From a virus, in IMG/VR virus record IMGVR_UViG_3300030099_008323, positions 1-64,000 of that record: 64,000 nt of DNA. One strand, given 5' to 3'. The stretch's first letter is position 1, and each line of letters starts with the position of its first letter. Shown here one piece after another: positions 6,449 to 14,148 of this stretch. The notes under the pieces were generated by a model that was not told where the DNA came from, did not search any database, and saw only the letters and a program-made list of their open reading frames with translations. The position numbers and the translations under genes were made by a program.

Positions 6449-8010
6449 GCCTCCACTATAGCATTATTTGTAGTTATCAATGTTGAGGCGACAGATACTG
6501 CATTCTGTAAAGCAACGCGGGTGACTTTCGCTGGATCAATAATACCTTTTTCTAGCATAGGAACAATCTCTTTCTTGCTAAAGTCATATCCAGTGTCCCG
6601 ATCTAAGCCGCTCAAGGAATTAATAATAATGTCACCAGATTCACCGGCGTTATACGCCATTTGCCTAATCGGCGCTTCGAGCGCGACGCGCACAATTTCG
6701 GCGCCTAATCTTTGGTCTTCATTTTCGTGCTCTACGACAAAATCGCGGCATCTCAGTAGCGCTGTTCCGCCGCCGGGAACAATACCCTCTTCTTGCGCAG
6801 CTGCAACAGCTTCGAGGGCGTCCTCAATTCTGTGCTTCTTCTCGATCATCTCTACCTCTGTTGGTGCTCCGACTTTAATTACAGCTACGCCACTCGAAAG
6901 CCTAGTGATTCTTGCTTGTAGCGAGCGAGCTTCCTCAAGATCGTCTGTCTGTTTTATTTCAGATTTAATTGAGTCAATCCTGCTTTCAATGGCTTCCCAA
7001 TCAGCCAAGCCATCAACAAAAATAGTATGGTTTTTTAGCACCTCGGCTTTCTTACACGATCCCAAATCAGCCAACTTTACGTCTTGCAAAGACTTACCAG
7101 AGTCTCTACTTATAAAAGTAGCGCCAACTGATAAACACAGGTCCTTCAGTAACTCCTTACGTTCTTTACCATATCCAGGCGCTTTAACTGCTGCAACCTT
7201 CATTGAACCTCGGACGGTGTTCATTATTAATGCGGCCAATGCTTGTCCTTCAACATGCTCAGCAACAATAATAAAAGGCCTAGATTCTCTTGCCACCAGC
7301 TCTAAAATTGGTAAAATATTTTTTACATTGTCTATTTTGTGATCTGTAACTAATACCAATAAATCCTCATATTGAATCGCGTTTTTTCGTTCATTAGTAA
7401 CAAATGCTTGCGCGAAATAACCTGAATTAAACTGAAAGCCTTCAATCACCTCTAAGCTAGTATCAGAAGACTTCGCTTCTTCAACTGTTATGGCACCGTC
7501 ATGACCAGCTTGGTCTGCTGCTGTTGAGATTAATTTACCAATTGACTGGTCTCCATTCGCTGATATCGTAGCTACATGCTGCACTTGCTCTTTTGAGACA
7601 ACCTCTTTGGAGATAGAGGCAATACTCTCAACAACTTTAGCTAAGGCCTTGTCCATCCCTCTTTTAAGCTCTATAGGTGAGCTGCCGGCAGCTAAGTATT
7701 TCTGGCTATCGCTGTACAAGGCGCGCGCAAGCACAGTTGAAGTTGTTGTCCCATCGCCTGCCAAGTTCGCAGTCTCGCTAGCAACTTGCTTAATTAATTG
7801 TGCTGCAGCATTTTCAAAAGGATCATCAAACTCAGTAAATTTAGCAACTGTTACACCGTCTTTTGTAACTATTGGATTACTGCCTTCCTTCGCCAGTAAG
7901 ACGTTCCTGCCTTTGGGTCCTAGAGTAGCGGCAACATTATTTGCCAGCTTGTTAATTCCAGATAATATTTTTTTTTGTAAATCTTCGTTGTCGCAATATT
8001 GTTTAGACAC
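6445..8010 (-). CDS. groEL: chaperonin GroEL (Cpn60)
   Basis: TLGPKGRNV, VTKDGVTVA, AGDGTTTSTV, KAPGYG, EGIVPGGG, IIDPAKVTR; no GGM tail; GTG start. Confidence 0.97.
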   Translation of the reverse strand: MSKQYCDNEDLQKKILSGINKLANNVAATLGPKGRNVLLAKEGSNPIVTKDGVTVAKFTEFDDPFENAAAQLIKQVASETANLAGDGTTTSTVLARALYSDSQKYLAAGSSPIELKRGMDKALAKVVESIASISKEVVSKEQVQHVATISANGDQSIGKLISTAADQAGHDGAITVEEAKSSDTSLEVIEGFQFNSGYFAQAFVTNERKNAIQYEDLLVLVTDHKIDNVKNILPILELVARESRPFIIVAEHVEGQALAALIMNTVRGSMKVAAVKAPGYGKERKELLKDLCLSVGATFISRDSGKSLQDVKLADLGSCKKAEVLKNHTIFVDGLADWEAIESRIDSIKSEIKQTDDLEEARSLQARITRLSSGVAVIKVGAPTEVEMIEKKHRIEDALEAVAAAQEEGIVPGGGTALLRCRDFVVEHENEDQRLGAEIVRVALEAPIRQMAYNAGESGDIIINSLSGLDRDTGYDFSKKEIVPMLEKGIIDPAKVTRVALQNAVSVASTLITTNNAIVEA

Positions 8011-8028
8011 TTATACCTCTCTTAGTAT

Positions 8029-8056
8029 AGAATAAGCACATTATAATTTAAGTCAA
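8029..8056 (-). promoter_or_regulatory. sigma70-like promoter TTGACT-N16-TATTCT for groEL
   Basis: Intergenic, 18 nt upstream of the GTG start. Confidence 0.65.
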
Positions 8057-8070
8057 CAGCTTTTTTAATA

Positions 8071-9618
8071 TTATTGCTCATCTTTTTGTCTAATGTATGT
8101 TCTCTGGCGCTGCTCAATTTGTCCAGCTGTCCTAGCAGCTTCAATTCCTTGAGACTTATCACCGCCAATGAAGTAGGCGTTAATCTCATTGGTTAGTTTT
8201 TCAACTCTAGAAAAAAGCTGGAAGATTTGCTCATTGAGAATCTCCACGTATTGTTCTGCTAATTCCCTCACGGCCTGCTGCCCAATCTTAATCTGTCCTA
8301 TGTAGCCAAAACCATCCTGATCATAACGCTTAGGCTTATAGTACCTAGAACTAACAACAAATTGAGTCTCTCCAGCTGAACCTTCATAGCCAGACGTCCT
8401 AGTAATCAATTGCCAAAAATCATTTGGACTCTTGTCCAGCGCGGCGCGCAGCATTGCAATTGACTCTCTATAGGAGCGGTAGCCCTCATAAGTCTTAGCG
8501 CCCTGTGTTTTCCATCTAGAATCACCAGCTGGCAGTTTTTCAAACTTAACAGGCTCGCCATCCTTGTAGAGCCTGAAAGTTTTACCACGTGGCTCGCGGC
8601 CCTCAAAGTCGTCGACATCCAATAACTCTGCGCCAGCAAATAGCTCTTTAACATAATCAGAGTCGTAAGAGTTTAAAATCTTCTTATACTGATTTAATCC
8701 TCCCGGGCCTCCCTTAGCCCAGCGCTTGGCCTCATCAGTGTCCATCGCTATTGGATTATAAGCCTCATCCTCAGTTGCCGGCTCACGTTCAGCGGGGTTA
8801 GAGGTTAAATCCTTGGGCAAAAGAAGGAGCAAGTAATTTTTCTTGTAAGATAACAGTGATTCCAAAAATGTTTGCGCGGTAAAATCAAACTGAAAGAATC
8901 TAATTGCTTGTGATTCTTCACCGGTTAGAGCTGCAGCAGAGCCGGCCTCTTTGAATGTCTTCAAGCCAACAATATAGCTCATCTTTCCATCGCCACCGGC
9001 CTGACCAACATACTGATCACTCTCTGGATCTTGTTTAAGTCCGGTAGGATCAATAAAGTGATCTACTAAGTCTCGGTAGCTACCATGCACGTCACCGGGA
9101 TTCTCACCCAGCAGCTTTAAGCTAACAGGATTCTTATCATTATCAACTAGATCTTGAATGCCTGCTGTACCAGCCGGCACCTGTGTACCACTTAATAGTG
9201 CAGCTAAGAAACCTTCAAATGCAAACCCTGCTGCAGATGCGTTAAAATGCAACAAAATATTAGTTAATGTGTCTAAAAGAACAATGTGCGAGAGAATCTC
9301 AGATACATCTTCAGTCACTGGTGGACTTTCAATAAATTCATTGATATATTGAATTTTTTCAGTCAAATTATTGCCCTTTGCAACAATCCTAGACAGCAAG
9401 TTTTGAATAATCTCTCTGTCCTTTGTGCCTTCTTTTCCCCACATTTTTTCAGAAATTCTGATGATTGGTAATCTTAGAGTTACATCTTTCTTTTGTTCGA
9501 TTAATAAACTAGAGCCAGCAACATGCTCAATCATCTCCATGATGCTTCCCAAGCTTACCTCGAAGGGCTCTGCTTTATAATAATTTTGTTTTAAAAAATT
9601 TAAATCTTCCTGATTCAT
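8071..9618 (-). CDS. hypothetical protein (515 aa), possible PD-(D/E)xK-fold nuclease domain
   Basis: GFAFEGFLAALL...GIQDL...PVSLKLL resembles an E...D...SxK arrangement. Confidence 0.45.
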   Translation of the reverse strand: MNQEDLNFLKQNYYKAEPFEVSLGSIMEMIEHVAGSSLLIEQKKDVTLRLPIIRISEKMWGKEGTKDREIIQNLLSRIVAKGNNLTEKIQYINEFIESPPVTEDVSEILSHIVLLDTLTNILLHFNASAAGFAFEGFLAALLSGTQVPAGTAGIQDLVDNDKNPVSLKLLGENPGDVHGSYRDLVDHFIDPTGLKQDPESDQYVGQAGGDGKMSYIVGLKTFKEAGSAAALTGEESQAIRFFQFDFTAQTFLESLLSYKKNYLLLLLPKDLTSNPAEREPATEDEAYNPIAMDTDEAKRWAKGGPGGLNQYKKILNSYDSDYVKELFAGAELLDVDDFEGREPRGKTFRLYKDGEPVKFEKLPAGDSRWKTQGAKTYEGYRSYRESIAMLRAALDKSPNDFWQLITRTSGYEGSAGETQFVVSSRYYKPKRYDQDGFGYIGQIKIGQQAVRELAEQYVEILNEQIFQLFSRVEKLTNEINAYFIGGDKSQGIEAARTAGQIEQRQRTYIRQKDEQ

Positions 9619-9639
9619 AAACCTACCTCTTCTATGTAA

Positions 9640-10302
9640 TTAGACAATAATATCAGCAATTCCTAAATTAACGGCCTCTTCAGCATTAATATAAACGTTT
9701 GTCTTTTTATCCATTAGTTTTTTAATATGCTTCTTGGTCATATCTGTCTCTTCAGCCAATGCATTAATATACATACTTTGAGTCATTTTTGTCTCAGAAA
9801 ATTCATTTTCAATATCTGCTATATGACCATGCTGGCCAGCTACAACACCATGTATCATAACTCTGCAGTGTTTGCCAATCCTTCTTTCGCCCTTTGTGCC
9901 TGCTGCTAGCAGCAACACACCTGCTGACATTACTTTGCCTAAACCATGAGTGTGTATAGGAGTGCGCTCTCGAATCATCCTCATGGTGTCATAGACTGAA
10001 AACATCTCAGTTGCTTGGCCACCATATGTTGAAATATAGAAATCAATTGGATCAGCAATAAAGCTTTCAATTGTATTGTCTTCGGTGCTCATCTGAACTG
10101 TTGTGTTAGTTGAAAAATCCAAACTCAACAAAGCGTATACAACTTCAACGCATTTTTCTTCGTTAACATCTCCGTATAATGCTAAAGCCCTCATTTCAGG
10201 CCGCTCGGAGGCAACGCTTAGCATGGACAACAGTTCATCAGTTTCGTTGTCTTTTTTTTCTTTTTCCTTTTCTTTCTTTTTTTCCCCTAATTTAACGACC
10301 AT
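9640..10302 (-). CDS. clpP: ClpP-family protease subunit
   Basis: FYISTYGG, GKVMSAG (Ser), VMIHG (His), YINAEEAVNLGIADII. Confidence 0.92.
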   Translation of the reverse strand: MVVKLGEKKKEKEKEKKDNETDELLSMLSVASERPEMRALALYGDVNEEKCVEVVYALLSLDFSTNTTVQMSTEDNTIESFIADPIDFYISTYGGQATEMFSVYDTMRMIRERTPIHTHGLGKVMSAGVLLLAAGTKGERRIGKHCRVMIHGVVAGQHGHIADIENEFSETKMTQSMYINALAEETDMTKKHIKKLMDKKTNVYINAEEAVNLGIADIIV

Positions 10303-10331
10303 TTAATATACTCCTAATAAAATTAAAAAAA

Positions 10332-10355
10332 AAGGCAGAGGGTAACCTCTGCCTT
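10332..10355 (-). terminator. intrinsic terminator
   Basis: AAGGCAGAGG-TTAC-CCTCTGCCTT followed by a long T run. Confidence 0.9.
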
Positions 10356-10382
10356 GATATCCATCGTGCAACAAAATCCTAA

Positions 10383-11042
10383 TTAAGAATTTTTTCTACT
10401 GGCCTGAATTAGCCTTCGGGCAACGCGGCGTGTTACCTCATTCACAAATTCCTCACCTAAGGTATCATCTTCCTCTAAGGTGTAGTCCTCTTCCATAGGA
10501 GGCTTCTCTTCATCGTCTGGCGCGCCCATGTCTGGTGGAGGACCGCCTGCATCCATGTCCGTTTCCATGTCAGCGTCGGCGCGCGATAAGTCCATAGGAC
10601 TGTCTTCTATACCATCGACATCGTCTGCACCGTCAGCGTCGATCTCTGCCTCTGGCGCAGCGTCACCAAGTTTTGCTTTTGCAGCGTCCATGACCATATC
10701 TAAAATATCCATGACAATATCTTTTGCCATGTCTGGATCAACATCGACTGGCGCATCGTCAGCGCCACCTGCATCATCAAGACCGAGGTCATCGTCTGGT
10801 GCGTCGGCGTGCATATCTTCTGTCACGTCATCTTCATAAAGGGCCTCTTCAACAGGATCTTTATCTTTGCCAGCATGCTTCATCCCTTCAGCAGGGTCTT
10901 CATGCTTGTCCTCTTCAAGAGAGTCTTCTTCCATGCCGTAAGTCTCGTTGAGTCTAGAGATAACACCGCCAGCTAGTGGTGTCAAGTTAGCGATTTTCAT
11001 CATTTTGCGAATTTCTGATTCATTTAAAAGTTCTTTACTCAT
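10383..11042 (-). CDS. highly acidic low-complexity protein, possible internal head/scaffold-like protein
   Basis: D/E/P-rich core between basic helical ends (LLNESEIRKMMKIA; FVNEVTRRVARRL). Confidence 0.6.
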   Translation of the reverse strand: MSKELLNESEIRKMMKIANLTPLAGGVISRLNETYGMEEDSLEEDKHEDPAEGMKHAGKDKDPVEEALYEDDVTEDMHADAPDDDLGLDDAGGADDAPVDVDPDMAKDIVMDILDMVMDAAKAKLGDAAPEAEIDADGADDVDGIEDSPMDLSRADADMETDMDAGGPPPDMGAPDDEEKPPMEEDYTLEEDDTLGEEFVNEVTRRVARRLIQASRKNS

Positions 11043-11075
11043 TTTTGTTCTCCTAAAGATGCTTCTGGCAACATA

Positions 11076-11381
11076 TTAAATAGCTTCATCTTTTAATAAA
11101 TGACTTATTTTTTTCAACGCCTTATCTTGTATTTGTTTGACCCTCACAAAACTAATCCCTAGGCGATCAGCTATGTCTCTTAAAGTCATATCATCATTCT
11201 TATCTAGTGTTTCAATTAAACAATTATATTCTTTCTCATAGTCAATCCAATTTCTGCAACTTGAGTTCTCCTTTGGGCATGCCGTCTTCAGCTTTCGACA
11301 TGCCTTCAAACAGTCTCTCGCTACTTCGACCCCTGTTTGTGGAGTAACATTAAAAGATGAATATCTTTTCTTTGGCATCAT
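11076..11381 (-). CDS. sigma70 region-4 HTH protein with N-terminal Cys cluster
   Basis: MTLRDIADRLGISFVRVKQIQDKALKKI matches the region 4.2 pattern; 5 Cys upstream. Confidence 0.8.
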   Translation of the reverse strand: MMPKKRYSSFNVTPQTGVEVARDCLKACRKLKTACPKENSSCRNWIDYEKEYNCLIETLDKNDDMTLRDIADRLGISFVRVKQIQDKALKKISHLLKDEAI

Positions 11382-11716
11382 AAGCCTGTCTCCTGTTCTA
11401 TGGTATCAAATATATTCTCTATCTCATTTTCATTAATTGAAAATTTTTTTTCTATCTCAGCAGTTGATTTTCTTATTTTATTTATTTTTGCCCTTTTACT
11501 CTTGCCCTGAATCTGGTTGTCTTTTTTGTATCTTGTGATGAAAGAGTGTATAAGTTCATCATTATTTATATAACCAGTAACCATCATCCTAAAAAATTGT
11601 GATTGTGTAATTTCATCAAACTGACACCTTATTCTCAATTTTGTTTGACGATCTGGGCTATCATAAAACATTATTTTTTTTCTATTTTTAACGCTAGGCG
11701 CACTAGAGTCTCCCAA
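11378..11716 (-). CDS. putative ribbon-helix-helix DNA-binding protein
   Basis: KKIMFYDS strand, then LRIRCQFDEITQSQFFRMMVTGY helices. Confidence 0.5.
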   Translation of the reverse strand: MGDSSAPSVKNRKKIMFYDSPDRQTKLRIRCQFDEITQSQFFRMMVTGYINNDELIHSFITRYKKDNQIQGKSKRAKINKIRKSTAEIEKKFSINENEIENIFDTIEQETGL

Positions 11717-11719
11717 TGT

Positions 11720-12760
11720 TTACTTCCTCCACAAAATATGTGTGTTACTCTCAAGCTGCGCAGCTGAAGATTGAATTACAAAGCTAGCTGAAGATCGTAA
11801 TTGCTGCAGCGTTCGTGCGCCGGTGTAAGATAGCCCACTTCTGATACCACCTATAATATCTGCAAAAACATCCTCAACTGATCCCCTGTAAGGAACAACG
11901 GTTGCAACTCCCTCCGGAGTAGAATTCTTACCTCGCCAGGCACGCTGTGCCTCCTTTGAGGCCATTCCCCGATACTCTTTAAACTTCTCGCCGCTAACAC
12001 TAGTAGAGATTTTGCCTGGAGTCTCATCTGTGCCAGCCAGGATGGATCCAACCATTACAAAATCTGCGCCTGCGGCGAGGGCTTTAACCATGTCTCCAGT
12101 GGTTTTAATACCGCCATCAGCAATAATTTTTGTGTCATAAGTTGATCTAGCGCAATCAAAAACACTTTGAAGCGTAGGTAAGCCATGCCCAGTGACTATT
12201 CTGGTTGAGCATATGGAGCCACCTCCAATACCAACACGAATTGAGCCTGCGCCCCAGCTAGCTAAATCATTAAATGCACCTAAAGTAGCTACATTGCCGG
12301 CCATTAAGTGTATCTCGCCAGAGAACATATCATTTAGATTTTTAAGGCAGCGCTCCATCAAGGCATGATGGCCATGGGCTACATCAATGCACAACACTTT
12401 TGCTCCAGATTTTACTAAGGCGTCTGCTCTCTCAATATAATCACCAGTCATGCCGATCGCCGCACCAACATTGCTAGCTCCAAGCAGCCAAGACTTGTAA
12501 ACTAAATCAGCCTGCTCTTCAATTGTATTATATCTGTGTATAATTCCTAGTCCACCATGTTTGTCTATGGCAGCTGCCATATCTGCGCCTGTAACCGTAT
12601 CCATAGGGCTAGAGATCAAAGGCATGTCCAGGCGTATAGAGTCCTCTAAACTACTCCCAATGTCTACCTCTGTTCTGCTTTGTATATCAGAGTATTTTGG
12701 TGTCAGCAATACGTCATCAAAAGAATATGTTTGTTGCATCTTATCTGTCCTAAAATCCAT
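11720..12760 (-). CDS. guaB: IMP dehydrogenase / GMP reductase family protein (no CBS domains)
   Basis: [51 protein letters not shown]. Confidence 0.92.
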   Translation of the reverse strand: MDFRTDKMQQTYSFDDVLLTPKYSDIQSRTEVDIGSSLEDSIRLDMPLISSPMDTVTGADMAAAIDKHGGLGIIHRYNTIEEQADLVYKSWLLGASNVGAAIGMTGDYIERADALVKSGAKVLCIDVAHGHHALMERCLKNLNDMFSGEIHLMAGNVATLGAFNDLASWGAGSIRVGIGGGSICSTRIVTGHGLPTLQSVFDCARSTYDTKIIADGGIKTTGDMVKALAAGADFVMVGSILAGTDETPGKISTSVSGEKFKEYRGMASKEAQRAWRGKNSTPEGVATVVPYRGSVEDVFADIIGGIRSGLSYTGARTLQQLRSSASFVIQSSAAQLESNTHILWRK

Positions 12761-13316
12761 TTGGGGTCCACTCCTCTTCTTGTATTAGTTTAGCAATGCT
12801 ATCATTTTTTTTTGGATACTGATCTCGCACATCTAGTTCAGCGAAGCTATGAACATCCCTTTTGTCAGTGCTACCTAAAGCTCCAGAGCCTCGCTCTGAT
12901 ATAGTAATACCATGCCTATATAGATCTTTTTCGGGCACCAACTTGGGGCGAAAGTGAACAACCGGGACTAACACTAATTGTGCTATCTTTTCGTCTCTAG
13001 ATATATATTGTACCTTCCTGCCAATATTATGAAGGTCGATAAAAACTTCACCGTCATAGCCACTGTCAATAATATGCGCGCCGACAACCAATGATCTTTT
13101 AGCGCCCATGCTAGAACGATTGCAAACCTGCAGCATGTAGCCGTGAGGCACACCAAAGCTTAAGCCAGTTGGTAAAAGCATATTTTCACCCGGCTTAATC
13201 GATGCTGATGAAACTTGAGGGTCTTTTGGGCAATAAAAAACATCTAAGCCAGCGTCACTCGGATTTGCTCGATCCGGGCATTTCGCACCTTTCCTTCTCT
13301 TGTACTCTAAAATCAT
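12750..13316 (-). CDS. dut: trimeric dUTPase
   Basis: DAGLDV, RSSMG, IIDSGYDGEV, IAQLV, RGSGALGST. Confidence 0.95.
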   Translation of the reverse strand: MILEYKRRKGAKCPDRANPSDAGLDVFYCPKDPQVSSASIKPGENMLLPTGLSFGVPHGYMLQVCNRSSMGAKRSLVVGAHIIDSGYDGEVFIDLHNIGRKVQYISRDEKIAQLVLVPVVHFRPKLVPEKDLYRHGITISERGSGALGSTDKRDVHSFAELDVRDQYPKKNDSIAKLIQEEEWTPNGF

Positions 13317-13575
13317 TATTAAACTCCTCTATAATTTTGTTTGCTTTGCCCCAACATTTAGGGCAATATAATCTTACAACTTCCTCTCTTTCTCTTACAA
13401 CAACCTTCCAAGTCATAGCATGCTCCTTAGATTTTTTGTCGTAGGGCTCGCTGCATGCTGAACACTCGGTACCAAGCTTATCGAACATAAAAAGCTGCTG
13501 CTTCATCAGTTTTTCAATTTCTTTTTTTTCTTTTTTAGCTTTATTCCTAGCCACTTTTCTTTTTAAACTTCCCAT
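13255..13575 (-). CDS. CxxC...CxxC zinc-finger protein
   Basis: CSAC and CPKC pairs. Confidence 0.7.
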   Translation of the reverse strand: MGSLKRKVARNKAKKEKKEIEKLMKQQLFMFDKLGTECSACSEPYDKKSKEHAMTWKVVVREREEVVRLYCPKCWGKANKIIEEFNNDFRVQEKERCEMPGSSKSE

Positions 13576-14144
13576 TACTCGTATTCTTCTCTTAGAAAAT
13601 TAGTATAGGCAAACTCTCCATATCTCTTGATGGCTTCCTGGTCATATGCTCTAGCCGCTTCCTCTTTGGTAGAGAAGTACCCTAGTTCCTTTCGATTGCG
13701 AGAGCGGTGTCCAATTCGGGCCCGCCATCGATTGCCATTTTTATAGACACCTTTCAGGCCAGATTTTGAATTTTTTTGCGGAGGCTTGTTTGCATTATTT
13801 TGAGCATTTGTACATACGCGCAAGTTTTCTCTCCTGTTATCCAGGCCATTGCCATTGATGTGATCAACCTGCATATCTTCAGGCGGGCTCATCAACAGAC
13901 GATGAAGGAAGATAGCCTTTCTCCTTTTTCGAGTCTGGCCCGGGCGGTCGGAGCGAGGAATACGATCGCCTCTTGGGCAGTCGATGTGTGCTTTAACGTA
14001 CACTTTGTCACTACCCTTGTAGTGATTGAATTTTGCCCACCATTTATATTTGCTAACAATCGGCCAATCATCTTCGTCAATGATTGCAATTTGATCGCCG
14101 TACTTTGGACTCTTAAGAATGATTTCTCTGGTTTTGTTTTTCAT
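13575..14144 (-). CDS. HNH-AP2 free-standing homing endonuclease
   Basis: LHRLLM, VDHINGNGLDNRRENLR, then AP2 domain KGVY..WRARI..LGYFSTKEEAARAYD. Confidence 0.93.
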   Translation of the reverse strand: MKNKTREIILKSPKYGDQIAIIDEDDWPIVSKYKWWAKFNHYKGSDKVYVKAHIDCPRGDRIPRSDRPGQTRKRRKAIFLHRLLMSPPEDMQVDHINGNGLDNRRENLRVCTNAQNNANKPPQKNSKSGLKGVYKNGNRWRARIGHRSRNRKELGYFSTKEEAARAYDQEAIKRYGEFAYTNFLREEYE

Positions 14145-14148
14145 AGTT

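Noticed and set aside
8006-8040. RNA-thermometer hairpin over the groEL SD (TATAC/GTATA)
   Set aside because: The 5' arm overlaps the predicted -10/TSS region so it is probably not transcribed, and the stem is weak
5004-8056. CIRCE (HrcA) operator at the hsp20/groEL promoters
   Set aside because: GTGCTTA resembles a CIRCE half-site, but no TTAGCACTC-N9-GAGTGCTAA inverted repeat with correct spacing is present
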